A stretch of DNA of 25,704 bases. Source: a virus. Its lineage: Duplodnaviria > Caudoviricetes. Where the stretch lies: positions 1-25,704 of IMG/VR virus record IMGVR_UViG_3300017965_000011; one strand, given 5' to 3'. The translations under genes and the position numbers were made by a program. The notes beneath the pieces are model-generated. The model worked only from the letters and a program-made list of their open reading frames with translations, did not search any database and was not told the DNA's origin. Positions 7,829 to 15,405 of the stretch are shown here, piece after piece. Every line of letters begins with the position of its first letter. Positions within the stretch are counted from its first letter, which is position 1.

Positions 7829-9091
7829 GTGACGGAACAGGTTGTCGGGGATAGGATCTTCGTAGACGTTCACCGCGTCTTCGCATCCGCGTCTACCGAC
7901 GTCCCCACCCGCATTCCGTTTATTCCCAGGCCAGGGCGCTACAAGCACCCTACATACGGTGAGATCAACCTGACCGCAGAGCGGATCATCCGTATGATCG
8001 CCGGGGTCACGGACAAGATCTACCAGGAACACATTCCCCTCGACCTCGAGCACGACACGAAGCAGTCGGGGGCTGTTGGCTGGATCCGCGCGCTCCACCT
8101 CAACGAGGACGGCAGCGCCGATGCCGAGATCGAGTGGACTCCGCGAGGAGTCAAGGCGATCTCCGAGGACCGGTTCCGTTACGTCAGTCCCGAGTGGTTC
8201 GAGTCGTGGCCCGATCCGATCTCCGGAAAGGTCCATCGGGACGTAGTCGCGGGAGGTGCCCTCACTACGCGTCCGTTCTTTAAGGACGGAGTCCTGCGTG
8301 CCCTTGTGGCATCGGAGGACGGAGTGGCGCTCATGGTGGCTCCGGATAACTCCCGGACCACAACGGAAGGAGAAGGAGAACCAGTGGAGTCGATCCAGAA
8401 CCCGACCCCGTCTTCGGCGCCGATCGATCCGGCTACCGCCCCGGCCGCGCCGGTTGCGGCTCCGGTTCAGGCACCGGCTCCGGCGGCCCCGGGTGTCCCC
8501 GCTGCCCCGACCGCTCCGGCGGCGACGCAGCAGTCGAGCGAGCGCATCAGCCTCACGCTCGGCGAGTACAACGCTCAGCTCGATGCGGCACGCGCCGCAG
8601 CCCGCGAGGCGGCTCGCTCCGAGGTCGTCCAGTCGTTCAGCAGCCAGCTGGCGCAGCTCAGCGAGCGGGCCCGGAACGCCGAAGAGGCGCTCACGACCCT
8701 TCGTAAGAACGAGCGACAGCGCCGGTTCACCGACCGCGTCATGGGTCGCGGCGAGTTCGATGGCCAGCCGCGGTGGATCGGGAAGCCCGAAGAGTACATC
8801 GCCACGATGGACGCGCTTGCGTCCCAGTTCGGCGAGGACTCGGACGTCTTCCAGGGCTACTGCAACCAGATGACCGATGCGGCCCAGAAGGTCCGGGTCG
8901 GTGAGTCGTTCACCGAGCGCGGCTCGACCGCACGCTCGACGAGCCCGCAGGACCCCCAGTCCCGCCTCGACCAGATGGCGCGCGGCGAGATGGCCAAGGA
9001 TCCGTCCCTGACCTACTCGGACGCCTACAACAAGATCATGGCGACTCCCGAGGGGGCTCGCATCTACGGCGACATCCCGGTTCGCAGCTAA
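7829..9091 (+). CDS. Capsid maturation protease fused to scaffold (Mu gpI-like)
   Basis: DLEH, AVGWI, EIEWTPRG, FRYVSPEW, GGALTTRPF motifs; Pro/Ala linker and coiled-coil C-terminal half. Confidence 0.88.
   Translation: MTEQVVGDRIFVDVHRVFASASTDVPTRIPFIPRPGRYKHPTYGEINLTAERIIRMIAGVTDKIYQEHIPLDLEHDTKQSGAVGWIRALHLNEDGSADAEIEWTPRGVKAISEDRFRYVSPEWFESWPDPISGKVHRDVVAGGALTTRPFFKDGVLRALVASEDGVALMVAPDNSRTTTEGEGEPVESIQNPTPSSAPIDPATAPAAPVAAPVQAPAPAAPGVPAAPTAPAATQQSSERISLTLGEYNAQLDAARAAAREAARSEVVQSFSSQLAQLSERARNAEEALTTLRKNERQRRFTDRVMGRGEFDGQPRWIGKPEEYIATMDALASQFGEDSDVFQGYCNQMTDAAQKVRVGESFTERGSTARSTSPQDPQSRLDQMARGEMAKDPSLTYSDAYNKIMATPEGARIYGDIPVRS
8384..9091 (+). CDS. Probable nested in-frame scaffolding protein (Mu gpZ-like internal start)
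   Basis: In-frame GTG 8384 preceded by GGAAGGAGAAGGAG, exactly at the protease/scaffold boundary. Confidence 0.65.
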   Translation: MESIQNPTPSSAPIDPATAPAAPVAAPVQAPAPAAPGVPAAPTAPAATQQSSERISLTLGEYNAQLDAARAAAREAARSEVVQSFSSQLAQLSERARNAEEALTTLRKNERQRRFTDRVMGRGEFDGQPRWIGKPEEYIATMDALASQFGEDSDVFQGYCNQMTDAAQKVRVGESFTERGSTARSTSPQDPQSRLDQMARGEMAKDPSLTYSDAYNKIMATPEGARIYGDIPVRS

Positions 9092-9140
9092 CGCCACGGG
9101 CGTACCGACCAGGAAGCACTGAGTACAGGAGGCCCACCAA

Positions 9141-9701
9141 GTGGCGACGGGCGCTTTCGAAGTCCCGGGGTTCAAGTACACCCGCCTTACGGCGGCTGAC
9201 TTGTCTACCCACCAGTACAAGTTCGTCGACATCGACGCCACCGGCAAGGTCAACCTTCCCGGCGCAGGCGGCCGCGCTCTGGCGGTTCTCCAGGGCAAGC
9301 CCGGTAGCGGGCAGGCCGCTGAGCTCATGTTTAGCGGCATCAGCAAGGTCGTGGCCGGTGGTGCGATCACCGCGGGCGATGGCCTGAAGGTCGATGCGTC
9401 AGGTCGCGTCGTGACCGCAGGTGCGGACCCCGACGTTGTCGGTATCGCACTGATGGCCGCGTCCGGCGCGAATATCGTGATCTCGGTGCTCTTCGGCTTC
9501 GGCGGAGGAGCAGCGACCGGTGCGGGTGGCCAGGGTGTCGCAGTCGCCGATGTGGCGGCCATGACCCAGGCGGCGATCACCGGCGGTGAGTCCCCGACGG
9601 AAGCGGAGTTCAACGCTCTGCGTGCCGATGTCGCGGCGATTCGCACCACCGTCAACGCACTTCTGGCGTCCCTCCGGACGGCTGAGGTCATCGCAACCTA
9701 A
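9141..9701 (+). CDS. Capsid cement/decoration protein (DUF2190-like) with C-terminal head-fibre-like helical domain
   Basis: RBS AGGAGG. Motif GISKVVAGGAITAGDGLKVDASGRVV...VVGIAL; tail PTEAEFNALRADV...VNALLASLRTAEVIA. Confidence 0.8.
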   Translation: MATGAFEVPGFKYTRLTAADLSTHQYKFVDIDATGKVNLPGAGGRALAVLQGKPGSGQAAELMFSGISKVVAGGAITAGDGLKVDASGRVVTAGADPDVVGIALMAASGANIVISVLFGFGGGAATGAGGQGVAVADVAAMTQAAITGGESPTEAEFNALRADVAAIRTTVNALLASLRTAEVIAT

Positions 9702-9754
9702 TAGCGGCACGGGCCGTTCGTCAACGTCTCGTCCTGAACAGGAGGTAATCGGCA

Positions 9755-10732
9755 GTGCCGCAGCCCGTCGGGAGCGACCTTCACGTCAACGTGCCGTTGA
9801 CGAACGTCTCGGTCGCCTACCTGCAGTCCCTGGACACCTTTATTGCCGACCGGGTCTTCCCGGTCGTCCCATCGGACGCTCGTTCCAACTCGTACTGGAA
9901 GTACAAGAAGGGCGAGTGGAACCGGACCGTCGCGGAAGAGCGAGCTCCGGCTACCGAGTCGGTCGGCACCGGCTGGACCGTGGAGTCGGATACGTTCAAT
10001 ATCCGGGTCTTCGCGGTCCACAAGGACATCGCCGACCAGGATCGTTCCGCCGCGGACAACGTCTTCAACCTCGACCGCGACGCGACGATCCTCGTCATGC
10101 GAGACCTCATGCTTCGGCGCGAGCTCTCGTGGCTCGCGACGTACTTCAGCCCCTCCGTGTGGTCGAACACCGACCAGGTGGGCGTCACGTCGGGCGTCGG
10201 CGCGGACGAGTTCCTCCGGTGGGACGAGACGGCCTCCAGCCCGATCGTCGACATCCGGGCCCGCGTGCGGGCGATGGCCGAGCAGACCGGCTACAAGCCG
10301 AACGTGCTCGTGCTTGGCCCGTACGTGTTCGATGCGCTCCTCGACAACCCGTCGATCATCCAGCGCATCCAGTACACCCAGGCCGGCTTCGTGACCGAAG
10401 ACCTCCTGGCCCGTGCGTTCGGCGTCGAACGCGTCCTTGTTCCGGAAGTGATCCAGAACATCGCCGCGGAAGGCTCCGCCAACGACATCGGGTTCGTGTA
10501 CGGCAAGGCGGCGCTCCTCGCGTACGCAGCTCCGGCCCCGAGCATCCTCGCGCCTTCAGCCGGCTACACGTTCGTGTGGACGGGCTACCTCGGCGCAGCC
10601 GCCCGCGGCCAGCGGATCAAGAAGTTCCGCATGGAGCCCATCGCCTCCGATCGCATCGAGGGCGAGATGGCTTACGACATGAAGCTGGTGTCGGCTGACC
10701 TCGGTCAGTTCTTCACGGACGTCGTGAGCTAA
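9755..10732 (+). CDS. Major capsid protein
   Basis: RBS AGGAGGT, very strong GC3 bias, LTNVSVAY...FIADRVFPVV, TGYKPNVLVLG; position after scaffold and decoration genes. Confidence 0.92.
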   Translation: MPQPVGSDLHVNVPLTNVSVAYLQSLDTFIADRVFPVVPSDARSNSYWKYKKGEWNRTVAEERAPATESVGTGWTVESDTFNIRVFAVHKDIADQDRSAADNVFNLDRDATILVMRDLMLRRELSWLATYFSPSVWSNTDQVGVTSGVGADEFLRWDETASSPIVDIRARVRAMAEQTGYKPNVLVLGPYVFDALLDNPSIIQRIQYTQAGFVTEDLLARAFGVERVLVPEVIQNIAAEGSANDIGFVYGKAALLAYAAPAPSILAPSAGYTFVWTGYLGAAARGQRIKKFRMEPIASDRIEGEMAYDMKLVSADLGQFFTDVVS

Positions 10733-10735
10733 GTC

Positions 10736-11521
10736 ATGGGGAAGTACCGGGTCATTCAGCGGGGTAAGTTCGGAGGTTACCCCGCGTTCCCCGGCGATGT
10801 CATCGAGGACCCGTACCGAGCCGAGCAGCTTGTGGCTTCCGGCTTCATTATGGCAGTCCGCGACGACGAGCAGGTGACCGCTTCCCTCCGCCGATTCGAG
10901 AACCGTGAGAAGAAGCGGACAGAGGAGAAGGAGGCCGACCGTCTTCAGGACGAGGCCCTCACTACTCCTCCGATCCCGCTCGATGAGACGGGGGCGGAGA
11001 TCGAACCCGCCCGTGATCTCACCGAAACCGGTGAGCCTGCAGAGGTGGTTCCTAATGAGGATCCGCGCTCTGCTCCAGTTGGAGGTCCAGGCTCCATGAG
11101 TGACGGCACCGGGCGCGAATCGCCCAACGAGCCGAACGACCCCGAAACCGGAGAGCAGTTCACCGGCGGCAAGCCCCTCGCGGAAGAGGAGCACGATTCG
11201 TCGGGTCGAGAATCTCCGAACGAGCCGGATGACCCTGAGACACAGGAACAGTTCACCGGCGGTAAGCCCCTCGCCGAGGAGCACCAGGACACGTCAGGCG
11301 GGCGCGAGTCTCCGAACGAGCCGGACGACCCCGAGACGCAGCCTCAGTTCACCGGTGAGAAGCCGCTGGTCGAAGAGGAAAGCCCGAACGCACCAGCTGG
11401 CAATTCAGCCGAGGGTGCTTCCGGGGATTCCTCCCGCTCCGGAAGCTCCTCGGGCTCCACAAGCCATTCGGCTGGAACCAGCCACAAGGCAGGTGGAGCT
11501 CCCGGCAAGGCCAAGAAGTAG
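10736..11521 (+). CDS. Hypothetical acidic low-complexity protein with three internal repeats
   Basis: Short N-terminal domain (PGDVIE..RAEQLVASGF) typical of small post-capsid genes, then three GRESPNEPDDPET.EQFTGGKPLAEE repeats. Confidence 0.8.
   Translation: MGKYRVIQRGKFGGYPAFPGDVIEDPYRAEQLVASGFIMAVRDDEQVTASLRRFENREKKRTEEKEADRLQDEALTTPPIPLDETGAEIEPARDLTETGEPAEVVPNEDPRSAPVGGPGSMSDGTGRESPNEPNDPETGEQFTGGKPLAEEEHDSSGRESPNEPDDPETQEQFTGGKPLAEEHQDTSGGRESPNEPDDPETQPQFTGEKPLVEEESPNAPAGNSAEGASGDSSRSGSSSGSTSHSAGTSHKAGGAPGKAKK
11111..11380 (+). repeat. Three tandem 93-96-bp coding repeats
   Basis: Units start at 11111, 11204 and 11300. Amino acids are nearly identical while synonymous sites differ. 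Confidence 0.9.
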
Positions 11522-11527
11522 GCGATC

Positions 11528-11998
11528 GTGCCGAACGGTACTTGGACGTACACTGGCGACCCGAACTCGTCTCCTAAGGACGCCGTTCGGTTCTACCTCG
11601 GGGACACCCAAGAGCTCAACCCTGAGCTCTGGGACGAGGAAATCTACTTCCTCCTGAGTGAGGAGGGTGACGTCGTCATTCGGGCGGCGGCTCGGGGCGC
11701 CAGCGCACTCGTTGCAAAGTACGCCAAGGTCGTTGATAAGCGCGTTGACCGACTCGACCTCAAGTCAAGTGACAAGTTCGAACACTACAAGGAACTTGCC
11801 ACCTACCTTTGGGGTCGAGTCTCGTCTACTGGACTTGGGGTGCCAATGCCCTATGCGGGTGGCATCAGCAGGACCGACAAGCAGTCGTACGTGGACGACT
11901 CTGACCTGACGAATCCGTTCTTTACACGGCTCGTCCACGACATGCGACCACCTGTTACAGTGGATCCGCGTTACAGCTCATCGTACTGGGACGCCTAA
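11528..11998 (+). CDS. Head-tail adaptor
   Basis: WTYTGDP...KDAVRFYLGDT...L.DEEI.FLL pattern; synteny. Confidence 0.8.
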   Translation: MPNGTWTYTGDPNSSPKDAVRFYLGDTQELNPELWDEEIYFLLSEEGDVVIRAAARGASALVAKYAKVVDKRVDRLDLKSSDKFEHYKELATYLWGRVSSTGLGVPMPYAGGISRTDKQSYVDDSDLTNPFFTRLVHDMRPPVTVDPRYSSSYWDA

Positions 11999-12020
11999 CG
12001 GCGTATAGTAAGGGTGAAGA

Positions 12021-12425
12021 GTGCCTCTTCCTTCTCCTGTATCGCAAGGGAAGACGGAGCTCGTCCCGGAGACACGGGTTGACCCCGACCTCTGGGAGCT
12101 GTTTACTGCCGAGATCACCCTTGAGCCGTACGTAGGTGAGGACAAGCACCTCAACCCTATCTACGGTCCCGGAGTAACGCTTCGCGCACGCCCATCGGAA
12201 GCAGACGTCGCAGTTCGCGGCGTCGGGACGATCGAGCAGTTGTCCACCGGACGCGTCCATGTACTCACCACCAGGTACATTGACATCCGGGATCGCCTGA
12301 CTCTCCCCAACGGGACTCAGCCGCCGATCCTGCAGGTCGACCTCCACTACGACGAGAACGGCCCGTACTTCAGTACGCTGTACACCGGTATCGTCGGCTT
12401 CCGCCAGACCACCACTTCTGCCTAA
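12021..12425 (+). CDS. Head closure/stopper protein
   Basis: Synteny; motifs G.P.YG and DRLTLPNG. Confidence 0.7.
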   Translation: MPLPSPVSQGKTELVPETRVDPDLWELFTAEITLEPYVGEDKHLNPIYGPGVTLRARPSEADVAVRGVGTIEQLSTGRVHVLTTRYIDIRDRLTLPNGTQPPILQVDLHYDENGPYFSTLYTGIVGFRQTTTSA

Positions 12426-12431
12426 ACGACC

Positions 12432-12821
12432 ATGAACTTCGACATCCGTGTTGTGGGGCCAAACATCGCGCAGGTGTTTCAGACTGTCGGCCTGAAGGCC
12501 AATGCAGCGCTGGTCCCCGCAGTTCGGGAGGAACTCGAAGTCATCCTGGCCCGCTCTCTGCAGCAGGTTCCGGTCGCTACTGGAGCCCTGGCAGCAACAG
12601 GACGAGTCGAAGGTCCAGAATGGTACGGAACGAACCTCCGGGGCGGAGTAGCGTACGGATCCGACGCAGTCCCGTACGCCCTTTACGTCCACGAGGATCT
12701 CCTTGCCATCCATCCTCAGGGCAAGGCAAAGTACCTTGAGGATCCTGCACGCGAAGAGTTCGAAAGCGGGCGCAGCGAGGTCAGGATCGGTAACCGAATC
12801 CGATTCGGTGGATTCCGATGA
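12432..12821 (+). CDS. Neck/tail-completion protein (HK97 gp10-like)
   Basis: VPVATGAL, PYALYVHE and GKAKYLEDPA motifs. Confidence 0.8.
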   Translation: MNFDIRVVGPNIAQVFQTVGLKANAALVPAVREELEVILARSLQQVPVATGALAATGRVEGPEWYGTNLRGGVAYGSDAVPYALYVHEDLLAIHPQGKAKYLEDPAREEFESGRSEVRIGNRIRFGGFR

Positions 12822-13213
12822 ACCTGACAGTTGACGACCTTGCGGACTACCTGGCCACCAACGGAATGGGTACTGTTGCCCACGATATCTGGCCTGGACA
12901 GCGTCCTGAAAGCCCCGACGAGGTGCTCACCCTAATGGAGTATCCGGGCGGGGCCCCTGGCTATACCCAGTCTGGTGTCGTGAGTGAAAACCCGCAGGTC
13001 CAAGTGAGTACTCGCGGCAGAGACTACGAGGAGACCCGTAAGCGCTGTCAGCGCGCATGGGCACTCTTCTCAATGTTCGTTAACCGGAACCTCAATGGGG
13101 TATGGTACTACCGAATCATGCCCCAGCATAGTGTCTTCTTGGCAGGACGAGACCAGAACGGAAGACACATCTTTGCGTTCAACATGTCGGTGTCCAAGGA
13201 GGTTGAAGCGTGA
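12818..13213 (+). CDS. Tail terminator (minor capsid 3-like)
   Basis: ATGA overlap. Motifs P.VQVSTRG.DY and GRDQNGRHIFAFN; synteny. Confidence 0.8.
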   Translation: MNLTVDDLADYLATNGMGTVAHDIWPGQRPESPDEVLTLMEYPGGAPGYTQSGVVSENPQVQVSTRGRDYEETRKRCQRAWALFSMFVNRNLNGVWYYRIMPQHSVFLAGRDQNGRHIFAFNMSVSKEVEA

Positions 13214-13710
13214 CGGACGGACAGACTGAGGGCGCCCCCGCGACGCCGTCGAAGCCCAAGCCACCGGAGGCGGATCATTCCGGAACGATTCCGGCAGCTA
13301 CGGTTCCGAGCGATGTGACGGAGCCCATGCGTACCGTCACCGCCATCCCTACGGACGATGTCCTTCAGGGAATGAAGCGGGACGACCTCCGAACCCTCGC
13401 TGAGGGTGCGGGCCTCGAGGTTGACGGCAACGCGAAGAAGGAGGACATCATCGACGCCCTGCAGGGTGCCGGACTCCAGGAGGTTGCCTTCACCGGCACC
13501 TTGGATGCCAAGGCGTTCGCGGAGGGACGACTGACAGCTGCCGGTGCGGCAGTGCTCGTCGCGGACGGCGAGTACCAGATCGGAACTTGGAGTGGGCTCC
13601 CGAACTACGGGTGTCCGTACTGTCCCTTTACCGCCGTGAAGACGGACGGAACGGGTGACGCACTCATCTACGACCACATCTCGAAGACCCACCCGGAGGA
13701 GATGGCTTAA
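13210..13710 (+). CDS. Hypothetical protein with HeH/Rho_N-like domain and C2H2-type Zn finger
   Basis: GTGA overlap, RBS AAGGAGG. LQGMKRDDLRTLAEGAGL....AKKEDIIDAL and CPYCPF...HISKTH. Confidence 0.75.
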   Translation: MTDGQTEGAPATPSKPKPPEADHSGTIPAATVPSDVTEPMRTVTAIPTDDVLQGMKRDDLRTLAEGAGLEVDGNAKKEDIIDALQGAGLQEVAFTGTLDAKAFAEGRLTAAGAAVLVADGEYQIGTWSGLPNYGCPYCPFTAVKTDGTGDALIYDHISKTHPEEMA

Positions 13711-14099
13711 TGGCGCGCCTTGCTGTTACGGCGTTCACGCCTCCGGGAAGCTACCCGGCGGCTCTTCCGCTCGTTGCGGATGCGGCCGACTTCACCTTTA
13801 CGGGTCCAGGGGTTGCGGCCGACGGGATTTCGTTCCTCAACGTCGGCCGTGAGATCCTCCTCGCCCGGAACATCCACGCCACGAACGCTGCGACCGTCAC
13901 GATCTCGAGCGTCGCGTACCTCGGGCGAACCGGTGACATCACCGCCTACTCACTTGCAGCCGGCGACTTCGCTGCCTTCGGCCCATTCGACCCGACGGGG
14001 TGGAATCAGTCCGGCGGTCTTGTTTATGCGGTCGGATCAGCGACCGACATCAAGTTCGCCGTCCTGAAGCTCGATTCGAACATCTTCCCGCGGGCGTAA
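13710..14099 (+). CDS. Small beta-rich virion structural protein (tail-associated)
   Basis: TAATG coupling, RBS GGAGGAG, strong GC3, lies immediately before the tail tube. Confidence 0.75.
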   Translation: MARLAVTAFTPPGSYPAALPLVADAADFTFTGPGVAADGISFLNVGREILLARNIHATNAATVTISSVAYLGRTGDITAYSLAAGDFAAFGPFDPTGWNQSGGLVYAVGSATDIKFAVLKLDSNIFPRA

Positions 14100-14111
14100 G
14101 AGAGGAGTCAG

Positions 14112-14540
14112 ATGACCGCCTATAGCTCCTTCGGTACCCTTCTCCAGGTCGATGACGGGGGAGGGGTAAGCTTCACGACCATCGCACACGTCCGTGATAT
14201 CACGGGTCCGGCGATGACGACCGACGTCGAGGACGTGACGAGCCACAGCTCGGCCGGAGGGTTCGAGGAGATCATCCCGACCCTCAAGCATGCCGGTGAG
14301 GTGACGTTCGACGTTCTCTTCGACCCGAACGATGCGACGCATGACGGCTCGACCGGCCTCGTGTCGCTCCAGAACAGCCGCGCGAAGCGTAGCTTCCGCA
14401 TGATCATGCCGACGTCGCCGGCGAAGCGCTGGAACTTTCAGGGCTACATCACGTCGGTGTCGGTCGCAGCTCCGGTTGCGGGTGTCCAGACGGCATCCGT
14501 TACCATCCGAATCTCGGGCCAGCCGACGATCTCGTCGTAA
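14112..14540 (+). CDS. Major tail tube protein
   Basis: RBS GAGGAG. DITGP.MTTDVEDVTSHSS.GGFEE.IPTLK.AGEVTF and ASVTIRISGQP are typical siphophage tail-tube patterns. Confidence 0.88.
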   Translation: MTAYSSFGTLLQVDDGGGVSFTTIAHVRDITGPAMTTDVEDVTSHSSAGGFEEIIPTLKHAGEVTFDVLFDPNDATHDGSTGLVSLQNSRAKRSFRMIMPTSPAKRWNFQGYITSVSVAAPVAGVQTASVTIRISGQPTISS

Positions 14541-14566
14541 CGCCGAACAGGAACAGGGAGGTTTCA

Positions 14567-14995
14567 GTGACGACTGGACGGGAGGCCAGCGCCACGGGTG
14601 TCAAGCGGCTTAGCGCTACCGACATCCTCGCGCAAGAAGACAGGCAGTTCGAGGACGTTTTCGTCCCGGAGTGGAACGGCATCGTCAGGATGCGTTCTAT
14701 GACGGGGCGAGAACGTGACGCCCTTGAGGCTTCGGCCATTCAGGGTCGGGGTAGGGACCGGCAGGCGAACCTTCGTAACTTCCGGGCACGAACTGTGGCA
14801 GCGTGCGCGATCGGCGACGACAACAAGCTCCTCTTCGACAGGACGCAGGTCGAGGCACTTGGAAACAAGAATGCCGCCGCGATCAACCGCCTCTTCGACG
14901 TGGCCCAGAAGCTTTCCGGGATCTCACGTGAAGACGTAGATGAGCTCACCATTGACCTGGGAAACGACCAGAGCGGCGAGTCTGGTTCCAGCTAA
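14567..14995 (+). CDS. Tail assembly chaperone (gpG-like)
   Basis: RBS GGGAGG, VPEWNG.VRMRSMTGRERD motif, slippery site near the end. Confidence 0.85.
   Translation: MTTGREASATGVKRLSATDILAQEDRQFEDVFVPEWNGIVRMRSMTGRERDALEASAIQGRGRDRQANLRNFRARTVAACAIGDDNKLLFDRTQVEALGNKNAAAINRLFDVAQKLSGISREDVDELTIDLGNDQSGESGSS
14959..14965 (+). promoter_or_regulatory. Programmed -1 ribosomal frameshift site G GGA AAC
   Basis: XXXYYYZ heptamer in the correct phase (ctG GGA AAC). The -1 frame is open to 15405. Confidence 0.88.
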
Positions 14996-15405
14996 CCAAG
15001 CACCTCGGACATAGGTCCGTCAAGGAGTGTCAGGCGTGGGTCGACTCCCTCGAGTTCGCCGAGTGGATGGCACTCGACAACATCGAACCGTGGAGCGATC
15101 GGCGCATCGACATTTGGTACGCTGCCGTAATCGCCGCGCTCGTCAATACCAGTATCAATGCCCCTAAAGAGAAGGTCAGCCCCGCTGCCTTTATTCCGGA
15201 CTGGTGGAAGGTTGTTCGGGACTTCATCGAACAGCAGGAAGCGGCTTCGGATATCGAACGTGCGGACGCTGAAGCATTGTTCGCCCCCGATGAGGTAGAG
15301 GTCGAGCAACAGTCCCAGGACATCGATGAGTTCTGGGCCAAGATCGTGCTCGCCAACAAGGCTCTAGGGGGTTCGGAGGTAACGGAGGAAACAGACTCCG
15401 CTTGA
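14959..15405 (+). CDS. Frameshifted extension of tail chaperone (gpT-like part of a G-T fusion 14567-15405)
   Basis: The -1 frame reads RPERRVWFQLTKHLGHRSVKECQAWVDSLEFAEWMALDNIEPW..., continuous with the track ORF 15067-15405. Confidence 0.85.
   Translation, partial: GKRPERRVWFQLTKHLGHRSVKECQAWVDSLEFAEWMALDNIEPWSDRRIDIWYAAVIAALVNTSINAPKEKVSPAAFIPDWWKVVRDFIEQQEAASDIERADAEALFAPDEVEVEQQSQDIDEFWAKIVLANKALGGSEVTEETDSA

Noticed and set aside
7763-9691. 642-aa minus-strand ORF and the many other minus-strand or alternate-frame ORFs in the track
   Set aside because: They are shadows of high-GC3 plus-strand genes, with no motifs, RBS or coherent composition.
11111-11380. CRISPR-like array
   Set aside because: The repeats are in-frame coding units with synonymous variation and no unique spacers.
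11981-12009. Possible promoter with -10 TATAGT before the stopper gene
   Set aside because: No convincing -35 or extended -10 element.
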